From assembly GCA_008690995.1 (NCBI GenBank), contig VRMN01000001.1, forward strand, positions 2,046,001 through 2,110,000: 64,000 nucleotides of DNA. The letters are read 5' to 3'. Each line of letters opens with the position of its first letter. Within the stretch, counting starts at the first letter, position 1. Shown here piece after piece: positions 47,896-56,370 of this stretch. The translations under genes were made by a program, and so were the position numbers. Origin of the DNA: Porphyridium purpureum. Taxonomy: Eukaryota. The notes beneath the pieces were generated by a model, which had not been told where the DNA came from, made no database searches, and worked only from the letters and a program-made list of their open reading frames with translations.

Positions 47896-50877
47896 TCACA
47901 CATTCTGTGACGGCTGGCTAGCAATTTTGCCATCCCTACTTTCCTTGCCCTCCTTTCCTTTCCCTCCCGATGAGGCCCGGAACCAGCGACCAGAGCTTCC
48001 TTTCTTTGAGCCACCATTCGCGGCCGCGGCGCTGTCGTCCTGCTCTCCTGTCTGCTTTTTCAGCAATGCGTTCTCCACGCGGAGTTCCTCAAGCTCCATT
48101 GTCATTTCTGCAACTCGCAGCTTGGCCGTCACAAAAGAGTCTCGACGCTCTTCGTACACGGTCACCAAACCAGAGCTCTCAGCCTTGCTCAACGCGTTCC
48201 GAAGCTCTTTGTTCTCCTTCTCCAAGCGCGTCTGCGCCAGGCGAAGAGCAACGAGCTCTTCCGTCGCGCTCTCGCTTTCCTGCAACGCTTCGTCTCGTAC
48301 AGCTCGCGTGGTGCTGACGTCATGACCAACTACCTTCAGCTCGCGCTCGAGTTCGCGGATACGAATCTGGTCGGCTGCATGGATACGCTCAGACGCTTCC
48401 TGCACGCGGCGCAGCTCCGAGCGCAGCGCAATGTCGTTCGCCATGTGTGAGGCCTGTGCAGACTCCAGACGACGCATGGCCAAGCGAGCATCTTCTAGTT
48501 CTCGCGTAAGAGCTTCCTCGCGTGTGCGCAGTTCACGTGTCTCCTGCGCCACCTTCGTATCTGCACCTTCTCCTGATGGCATTCTCGAAGTATCTCGGTT
48601 CAGAGCAGCGATAGTGGCAGCTTGAGACGCAACCAAAACGTCCAATTTTTCTTTCTCCGATCGCAGAGCTGTGAGCTCTTGGTTCAGTACGTTGAGCTCG
48701 GCCCTTGACGTTCGTGATAGCATCTCTTCCTCTTTGCCTATTGCACGCGGGGCAAGTCGCTGATGCTGTCGTTCAGAAGATGAGCCATGGGTTTGCGACT
48801 GTTTTCTTAATTGGTCATTATCTCTTTCCAGCGAAATGATGCGGTCATTCAGACTTGCAATTTCTAAAACATAATTCTGGCCCGGAGTATTTGTTGCCGT
48901 TGAGTCTGCAGAACCATCAACACCTGCACTGCGCTTTTCCAGATTCGCCCTGCGCTCCTTCTCGATCTCCAACAGACGAGTCTGCTCTGCTAGCTGGCGC
49001 TCGGCTTGCTCTTTCCGAGAACTTACAGTCAGTAGCTCACGCTCAAGCTCTGCTTGCTTCTCGCGCAAGGAATCCATCTCTTTGCGAGCGTCACGCGCCG
49101 ATACGCCTGCGCCAGCAGCCGCACTCGCGTTCGCCGCCGCAAGAACCGCCTCTGCTGTCTCACGCTTCCGCCTCTGTTCATCGCGTTCGGCTGCCGTGCG
49201 TTCGAGCTCTGCTGCTCCACTTTTCCGGTCAACGTCCCACAGCCGGCGCTGTTCGGCCAGGTCCCGCTCGGCCTGGTCCCTGGACGCGTTTAAACATCGA
49301 AGTTCACGTTCTAGCTCAGCTTGCTTCGCGCGCAGAGCATCCATCTGCCTGTCAGCGTTACGCGCCGCTGCGCCAGCACCAACAGCCGCACTCGCGTTCG
49401 CAGTCATGAGGGCAGCCTCAGCCGCTTCCCGCTTTTGCCGCTGTTCATCTCGCTCAGCCACTGCACGCTTGAGATCCAAGGCCGAGCTCTGCAACTCGTG
49501 CTGCAGTTCTACCTTTTCCCGACGAAGCGCACGCAGATCAGCATCCTGCTCGTCACGAATAGCTAACTGCTCATTCAGCTCTTTCCTCGCCCGTTGAGCT
49601 CGCTGCTCTGCAACGGCGAGTTCAGCGCTGCTCGCACCGCCACCCCCCGCCAATATCGCGCTCGTTCTACGAGCGTCGGCCTCAAGCTCATCAATGCGGA
49701 GATTCTTCTCCTTGAGTTGCCGCACGCGGGTCTCTTCAGCCGACTCGAAAGCTTGGCGGTTGAGTACCACGTGATGCTCGCTACGCGTCAAGCGCTTCTG
49801 CGATTCTAAAAGCTCGGCCTGCAGAGCGTCTGTCTGGACTGCAAGGTCACGAGCTTGCTGTCGCAGTAAATCGTTAGTGGCCATCAACTGGATGTAGTCC
49901 TGCCGCATTTTCTCATACATGGCCTGCAGCTCGATGTACGATTTCTGAAGCTTTTGCGCGTATTGATCCTTTGCATCCAGACGCGAGCCAAGTTCCTTGT
50001 TCTGAGCGACCAACTCCGTGTTTTGCGCGTTGAGATCCTTTGCCTGCGCCTTGCTTCGACTGAGCTCCGTCATTAGCGAAGCGTCCGCGTTCACAGCGTT
50101 CGATGGAGGTGGCAGGGACAATGATGGTGGAGCCTCTTCGCACCTCAGCGCGGCGTACACCACAAAACCACCGTCAAACTCGAGGGACAGCGCCTGGCGC
50201 ACGTTGGATTTCAGGGTCGCGTACCGCGCCAGGTCAAAGTGGATCTTACCGACCAGTTTTTCGTTGTCACTGCTAGCCGCGGTCACCGACTTTGCCGAGT
50301 CTGTGTGGTACAGCTGCAGCACGGCAAAGCGCTGGTGGCGATCTTCAAAGTTTCGGTCCGATGCGCGTCTCGACAGGCGCGCAGGAACGCTGAAGGTCTC
50401 GTTCCACACGGCCACGTTGGGCTGATGGTCGAAACTGACGAATGCGCTTGGTTTTCGTCCGGGCCGTCCGAGCACCTGCTGGTCTCCATACGCGAGTCGA
50501 AAGCGATACGTGCCATCCACTTTCATGCGGGTCACTTTCTCCACTTCGAGCGTAAATATGAACGTATGCGAGCAGAGGTGCCCACCGCCACTCACGTTCG
50601 TGCCGGTGTCGACGCCATTCGTCGCCCATGACGAGGAAGAGAGCAAGACGACGTTTCCAGCCCTGCTCGCCGACTTGCTCTGCGCCGACGACGCGGACGC
50701 CTGCGTCACACTGGAGGAGTTTGAGGCGTTGGACGCGCGCACGCTGGACTCTCGCTTCACTAGCAAGCCACTCCCGCTGCGATCGAGCGACGGCGAGCGC
50801 GAGCCCTTCCTACTCTCACTGCGCGACGAGGCGGTCGAGTCCGAGCGACTCACCTGGCTTAAGCGTCTCTCGCTCAT
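47896..50877 (-). CDS. NT-type C2 domain (EEIG1/EHBP1-like) plus long coiled-coil protein
   Basis: FIFTLEVEKV..AVWNETFSVPARL..LQLY..LVGKIHFDLARYA fits NT-C2; several hundred residues of heptad repeats follow, including a 267-bp internal duplication. Confidence 0.75.
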   Translation of the reverse strand: MSERRLSQVSRSDSTASSRSESRKGSRSPSLDRSGSGLLVKRESSVRASNASNSSSVTQASASSAQSKSASRAGNVVLLSSSSWATNGVDTGTNVSGGGHLCSHTFIFTLEVEKVTRMKVDGTYRFRLAYGDQQVLGRPGRKPSAFVSFDHQPNVAVWNETFSVPARLSRRASDRNFEDRHQRFAVLQLYHTDSAKSVTAASSDNEKLVGKIHFDLARYATLKSNVRQALSLEFDGGFVVYAALRCEEAPPSLSLPPPSNAVNADASLMTELSRSKAQAKDLNAQNTELVAQNKELGSRLDAKDQYAQKLQKSYIELQAMYEKMRQDYIQLMATNDLLRQQARDLAVQTDALQAELLESQKRLTRSEHHVVLNRQAFESAEETRVRQLKEKNLRIDELEADARRTSAILAGGGGASSAELAVAEQRAQRARKELNEQLAIRDEQDADLRALRREKVELQHELQSSALDLKRAVAERDEQRQKREAAEAALMTANASAAVGAGAAARNADRQMDALRAKQAELERELRCLNASRDQAERDLAEQRRLWDVDRKSGAAELERTAAERDEQRRKRETAEAVLAAANASAAAGAGVSARDARKEMDSLREKQAELERELLTVSSRKEQAERQLAEQTRLLEIEKERRANLEKRSAGVDGSADSTATNTPGQNYVLEIASLNDRIISLERDNDQLRKQSQTHGSSSERQHQRLAPRAIGKEEEMLSRTSRAELNVLNQELTALRSEKEKLDVLVASQAATIAALNRDTSRMPSGEGADTKVAQETRELRTREEALTRELEDARLAMRRLESAQASHMANDIALRSELRRVQEASERIHAADQIRIRELERELKVVGHDVSTTRAVRDEALQESESATEELVALRLAQTRLEKENKELRNALSKAESSGLVTVYEERRDSFVTAKLRVAEMTMELEELRVENALLKKQTGEQDDSAAAANGGSKKGSSGRWFRASSGGKGKEGKESRDGKIASQPSQNV

Positions 50878-51670
50878 GACGCGCTTGACGAGCACCTTGC
50901 GAGTAGCCAGCCGCACCTCTACCCGCGCATGCCAACCTCACTCCAGTGTCTCGCAAGCAACCACGATGCCTCCTTCCCAGTCGAATGCGACACGCGACCA
51001 CGTTCGCCGCGCAACTTTTTTTTCCACCGCAGAAATTGGCGCGGACGAAGTACAGCTGACCCGCACCAACGGTACAGTCATGAGCTTGTAACTGCCACTT
51101 CGCACGTTTGTAACGTATAAAATAACGATACAAAGGTGGATTAATTATTTCATTTTTTCATGTTCCAGATGTTTCAAGCTCTCATGCTTTGTGAGTGTTC
51201 TTGGATGTGTAGCCGGCAACCCTACTTGTTCGGGCAACGAAACAGATTGTTCGTGCGGTTGGCGCGGTTGACGCGGTTGATGACAACTGGATGACGAAAA
51301 CCAGTGCGCAAGAAGGGGGGGGGGGTTAAGTATAGTGTGTTTAGTCAACGAACGGCGTGTGAATTTAAATGCGTTGGGGTGTAGCCAAACGGGTGTGGTT
51401 TACAAGGCGCTGCCAAGCAGCGGGAGTACAGCGCTGTACGCCGCCGATTTCAAAAGGAGACACGCGCGAGCAACAAAATCACGAATCGGGTGGATTTTGC
51501 GTGGTGCGTTCGTTGGGGTGTGTGTGTGGCGCTGGCGGTTGGACACGCGTAGCAAATGCGGGCTGTTTTACTATAAAGTCGGGCGAGAAGCGGATGGCTG
51601 GTGCGGTGTGATGGGCGCGCACGACGCCACGCAGTGCCTCTATGCAATCGGGAGGGAGATGCGAAAAAAA

Positions 51671-51689
51671 GGGGGCGGTCTGGTATAAA
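51671..51689 (+). promoter_or_regulatory. Putative GC box + TATA box upstream of the cell-wall glycoprotein gene
   Basis: GGGGGCGG (51671-51678) then TATAAA (51684-51689), about 140 bp before ATG 51828; a second TATAAAGT at 51572. Confidence 0.45.
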
Positions 51690-51827
51690 GTGCGCGGGCA
51701 CGTCGTAGGTACTTAAATGCTGTGGGGACGGTGAAAAGAGTGCGTGAGTGAGGTGTGTGGACGAAAGGGAGAGGGAAGAGGGAGTGGGTGGCCGCTGTAG
51801 AGAACACGGATCGGGTGCAGTAACGAA

Positions 51828-53486
51828 ATGGCGAGGATGGTCGTCGCGGCGGTGGCCGTTATGGCTGTGCTGAGCGTCGCGCTCGCACAGTTCATCCCAG
51901 ACGTGGACATCACGTGGAAGGTCCCCATGACGCTTGCGGTGCAGGACTTGAGCATTTTCACGGGCCCCAACCAGTTTGGGCGCGGGATTCCGAGCCCCTC
52001 GGCGATCGGCGGTGGAAACGGGCTTGACATTGTCGGCGGCGGTGGGTCCTTCTACATCTCCCCGACAGGCGGGCAGGTTCAATATTCTCGCGGGTCGAAC
52101 AACTTTGGTAATCAGGTTGCGTTCACCCGTGTCCGCAAGAACGGAAACAACGAGTCAGACTTTGCAACCGTGTTTGTTGGCGGCACCACCCCACCGTTCG
52201 TCATTGTTGGTGACAGCACCGAGAACGAGGTGTCCTTCTGGACAAACAACAAGGTCGTTGTGAACAGCCAGGGCTTCATTCCTCCGAATGGTAACTCGGC
52301 CGGTGGAAATGGCCAGTATACGTTTGTGAACGGAATCACGGGAACAGCAGGAGCTCCGGTTGGTGGCACCGTCATCCGTCAAGTTTCCGCGTGGCGTGAG
52401 ATTTTCAACACGGCAGGAAACTGCGTGAAGTCCTTTGGGCTTGTGGTTCGCGGCACTGGAAACCAAGGTCTCGTCCAAGGCGTTGAGTATGATGGGTACG
52501 TTGCTATTGACTCCAACGGTTCATTCGCCATTTCTGGATACTCTCCCGCTGTGAACAACGCACCGGGCTTTGGCAAGAACTTTGCGGCCGCTCGTACCGG
52601 AAACTTTTTCGCCGTATCGTCCGAGAGTGGGGTGATCGTTATGTCGATTCCAGTCGACAACGCCGGGTGCACTCTGTCCTTCTCAGTGGCCTACACGATT
52701 ACTCCCGGCGCGGGCCGCGTATCGGGTGTCTCTTTGGCGCAGGACAATGAATTCTACGCCGCTGTTGGTATTCCCGGAGCGGGCCCAGGTCAGGTGCGTA
52801 TCTACCGTCTTGACGGTGGCGGAGCCACGACGCTCGTGCAGACACTCTCCCCGCCAGATGACATCCCGGAGCTCCCGATTGTCGCAAATCAGCGATTCGG
52901 AGAGACGGTTCGCTTTGGCGCCAACTCGGAAACCAACTACGTGGCAGTGGGTTCGCCAGGGTACGCTGCGGAAGGTCTGGCTCTGTTTTACACGGCCGAG
53001 CCAGGACTTACCCCGAACGACCCAGATGAGGGCCTGTTGACGTTGCTCGCGTACAGTAACAGCTCGGAAATCCTAGCGAATGGTGGCCTTGGCGAGTTCA
53101 TGACCGCCAGCAACTGTCGTCAGTTCGTGTTTGGTGAACCGAGTGTCAACAGCGTCGTGATCTTCTTGGCAAGCATCGGAGCGTACTATGAGGACTACTG
53201 CACGTGCGAGCAGGAGAACATTTTCGATCAGGGCATCATGTTCCCGGTTCCAAACTTCCCTGGTGAGTCCCCGACGACATGCCGCTCAAGCATTTATGAG
53301 TTCCGCTTCAACTGCTTGATGGAAGGTGCCCCAAGTATCTGCACTTACTCTGAGCGCCCGACTTATGAGTGGACCGAAGAGGTTGTTGACCCAGACAACA
53401 CGCCATGCGAGCTGGTGTCGCGCATCCAGAGGCGGCTTTCGCAGAATAACTGTTTCCAGGACTACGTGACCCTGCAGGTCGTTTAA
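51828..53486 (+). CDS. Secreted cell-wall glycoprotein, Porphyridium 66-kDa glycoprotein family
   Basis: Signal peptide MARMVVAAVAVMAVLSVALA|QFIPDVDITWKVP recognised from memory as this protein; Gly/Asn-rich beta region; sequons NES, NGS, NSS; Cys-rich C-terminus. Confidence 0.85.
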   Translation: MARMVVAAVAVMAVLSVALAQFIPDVDITWKVPMTLAVQDLSIFTGPNQFGRGIPSPSAIGGGNGLDIVGGGGSFYISPTGGQVQYSRGSNNFGNQVAFTRVRKNGNNESDFATVFVGGTTPPFVIVGDSTENEVSFWTNNKVVVNSQGFIPPNGNSAGGNGQYTFVNGITGTAGAPVGGTVIRQVSAWREIFNTAGNCVKSFGLVVRGTGNQGLVQGVEYDGYVAIDSNGSFAISGYSPAVNNAPGFGKNFAAARTGNFFAVSSESGVIVMSIPVDNAGCTLSFSVAYTITPGAGRVSGVSLAQDNEFYAAVGIPGAGPGQVRIYRLDGGGATTLVQTLSPPDDIPELPIVANQRFGETVRFGANSETNYVAVGSPGYAAEGLALFYTAEPGLTPNDPDEGLLTLLAYSNSSEILANGGLGEFMTASNCRQFVFGEPSVNSVVIFLASIGAYYEDYCTCEQENIFDQGIMFPVPNFPGESPTTCRSSIYEFRFNCLMEGAPSICTYSERPTYEWTEEVVDPDNTPCELVSRIQRRLSQNNCFQDYVTLQVV

Positions 53487-53900
53487 ACTCTTCGAAGAAA
53501 TGGGCGTCTGGTGTCTTCGAATTCACTCTACATGCTTTCTTTTGGGACCGGGTCGGTGCCGGACGGCTCAATTCTCCTACCATAATCTTTACCCTTTCGT
53601 ATGTTTGTGCACTTCTTTTTTCTTCAGGCAAACTTTTGTTTTTGGTTTCTGTTACCACACTGTAGGTGGAACGGTGTGAGATACGACGTAGGCACGAGAC
53701 CAGTTGGTGCTCCTGCGTTTCTTTTATAAATGGCCTCATCAGTTCTATTAGGGAGACAACGTGCGGCATCCACGCGACTACAGATTAGCCAGACGGACCT
53801 TCTTCCCCGCCAGTTCCGAACACCACAAGCTAGCCTGCTCTCCAAACTTGTGCTGCGAGCCGGTGGTGTCTTCGTAGCTCTACGTATTCACTCAAACTCA

Positions 53901-56177
53901 TTACGTCTCAATCGTCAGACAGCATTCCCTCACTCCCCGACAAGGGTCCTTTCCTAGAAAGTCTTGTCTCGATTTAAAGTAGAAGTCATCCCAGAAACGC
54001 TGATCAAAGTCAAAAGAGGTTCGATCCGCTCGCTGCCAATTCTCCTGAACGCGCCGCTGGAGGTCCGGCACCACACGGGTTGCCGGGCTCGAGCCCAGTG
54101 GGATATTGCACGAAGGATCCACCTTGTGGCCCAACCACGTTTCAAAGCCCAGAGCCTCGGCAAGTTCGACGGCCTGCACGTGCATGAGCTCGGCCTCCTC
54201 GAATGGTACCTTCACGCTTTTCCGCTTCAAAAAATGCGCCGTGTGCAACCAGCCCCACCCAACTTCGTCGGGCCGCACAATATTCTTCCTGTTGTCCTGC
54301 GCCTCGCTGCGGAAAGCCAAATGCCCAAGATATCCTCCTGCTTTGATGGACGCGGGCAGTTTCTTTTGCGTATCAAAACAGTGTTTTCTGGTCTTGAGTT
54401 CCAGCACGCTAACTTGTTCGAATTCCGGGCGCTGCACAAAGTCTACCAGCTTTTCCGACGAATTTTTTGAGATGAACACTTCGTCCACGTCAAATAAAGC
54501 TACCCAGTCGTACTTGTACCTGAGCGTCCAAAAGCAGTCATTCACGGCAGTGTACTGCGAGCGGTCGTACGGAATACCGCACAAAGCGTGCGCCCAATTC
54601 ACGATTGTGACCTTGCCTTGCTTCACCAAGTCACCAACGAAAGCTTCCGTGAAGTCATCGTTCTCATTCTTGTAAATGTACACGTGATCTACCCCGTGGG
54701 CAATGTAGTATGACAACCACTCCATCAAGCGCCAGCGCTGGTTGCGTAGGTAAAGACACACTGCAAGCGTGTCGGGTTCCTTCACTCGAAGAGCGCGCTG
54801 GAGCAAGTGGGCGACTGGTTCACCACTGGAGTGTATCGGCTCATTGAGGCATAGGCCAATCGGTCGGATCCGCTGGCTGACGCCATGAACAAAGAGCTCG
54901 GCAGTGACTCTGAAGTTCTCTTCCAAATACTTCTCTGTGGCCGACTGGTTTCGGATCGGGCATGTGATCACAATGTTTCTTGTCGTTCCCGGTACATACC
55001 CGTTCTCGCATCGAAACTGCTCGTTGGTTTCATAAACCTTGATGGCAAGCGTCAAATTCTGCACAATGTCCTTTCCCAAATGTAGATTTTGCTCCAAGTC
55101 TGCAAACAACGCTGCTTCGTATTTGACGCTCGTATCTCGATAGGCACGCAGCACATGGGCAGAGAAAATTGCCCCAATAGGTACTTGACCAATATTGCGC
55201 TTTCCGATCGCGCCGAATTGCCACGAGCCGCAATACTTTCTGTGAATAAAGTCCGGCGCGCCTAACGGAGCAGGTTTGGGATGCGGACTGCTGGTTGTCT
55301 GATCCACGGTAGACCGAACTGGTTGTGCTCGTGCCGAGGTAGCCTCCCTTGCTTTTGATTCACCTCCTGACGGACGCCTTGAATCAGAATTCACCGCGGC
55401 AACGGCAGGGGCACCCGAACCAGTCAGTGTCTTATGGGGTGCCGGTACTGGTTCTCGTACAGATGTTTCTATTTTTTCAGCAGCTGGTCGTCCTGGAGCA
55501 GGGCCTGAGTGCCGGCGAGGGTCAGGAACTGCTTCCTGTTCCTTACTCTCATTCTTTGGCGGTGTTCTTGATTCATACGTTTCATGTCCTTCACTGGCCG
55601 GCCTCGATGGAGGGCGATCAAAAGCTGGATCTGGAGCCTGAGCTGCAGCCAAAGCCGAGTTCGGTGCCGTGACCGGAACCGGAGCCTTCGTCTGCGCAGG
55701 ATGCCCAGCCCAGAGTCCTTCTGATTCCCTAGAGGCATGCCTCGGTTGGGCCGGTGGGCTGGCTGAGGTGGGAGCAGTAGCCGTAGCTGGAGCCTTACTT
55801 GCAGTTATTGCATGTTCTCTTGCCTCAGATGATGAAGGCTTCGTTTGAGAAGGCGCGGCAAGCTCGGGAGAACCAGACGTCGACCGCTCCACATGCTGTG
55901 CGTCGGACACCGACGGCCGATCAAGTCGCGCTGAATTTTCCGATACCGCACCTTTCTCTGCTGTGGTGCCATCACCAGTCGACGCATCAATACTACCAAT
56001 GCGGGATTGGTTCTCCAACAGGGCGTCCACCGCGAGGCGTTCCCGCGCAGCCGCGTTCAGCGCTTTTGCCTGCTGCGGCGCATTCCGAATGCTAGCGATG
56101 GACATCAGCCACAGCAGGACGCACAGTATGCCCACCGCCACCAATAGCTGCGTCCTAGCATGCTTTCTGGCAAGCAT
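53901..56177 (-). CDS. Type II membrane glycosyltransferase, GT92/DUF23-like (GT-A fold)
   Basis: TM anchor, long Pro/Ser/Ala stem, then LAVCLYLRN..LMEWLSYYIAHGVDHVYIY..Q..AVNDC..WVALFDVDEVF..KNIVRP..LH. Confidence 0.85.
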   Translation of the reverse strand: MLARKHARTQLLVAVGILCVLLWLMSIASIRNAPQQAKALNAAARERLAVDALLENQSRIGSIDASTGDGTTAEKGAVSENSARLDRPSVSDAQHVERSTSGSPELAAPSQTKPSSSEAREHAITASKAPATATAPTSASPPAQPRHASRESEGLWAGHPAQTKAPVPVTAPNSALAAAQAPDPAFDRPPSRPASEGHETYESRTPPKNESKEQEAVPDPRRHSGPAPGRPAAEKIETSVREPVPAPHKTLTGSGAPAVAAVNSDSRRPSGGESKAREATSARAQPVRSTVDQTTSSPHPKPAPLGAPDFIHRKYCGSWQFGAIGKRNIGQVPIGAIFSAHVLRAYRDTSVKYEAALFADLEQNLHLGKDIVQNLTLAIKVYETNEQFRCENGYVPGTTRNIVITCPIRNQSATEKYLEENFRVTAELFVHGVSQRIRPIGLCLNEPIHSSGEPVAHLLQRALRVKEPDTLAVCLYLRNQRWRLMEWLSYYIAHGVDHVYIYKNENDDFTEAFVGDLVKQGKVTIVNWAHALCGIPYDRSQYTAVNDCFWTLRYKYDWVALFDVDEVFISKNSSEKLVDFVQRPEFEQVSVLELKTRKHCFDTQKKLPASIKAGGYLGHLAFRSEAQDNRKNIVRPDEVGWGWLHTAHFLKRKSVKVPFEEAELMHVQAVELAEALGFETWLGHKVDPSCNIPLGSSPATRVVPDLQRRVQENWQRADRTSFDFDQRFWDDFYFKSRQDFLGKDPCRGVRECCLTIET

Positions 56178-56370
56178 GGCTGCTGTCGAGATGCGTGTCT
56201 CCTTCTGCTCAGTGGTCACAGCTTCGTCGCGTGTTCGTGTCCTCAAAGTTCTTTGTGAAAAAGTCGCCCATTTTACTACATGAATTCGATGGCCTTTGTC
56301 GAGCATTCAGCAGCCATTCCCAACCACGGGACTGCCCATCTTGCTCGGGCAGCCGCGCGTGCCAGAGACG

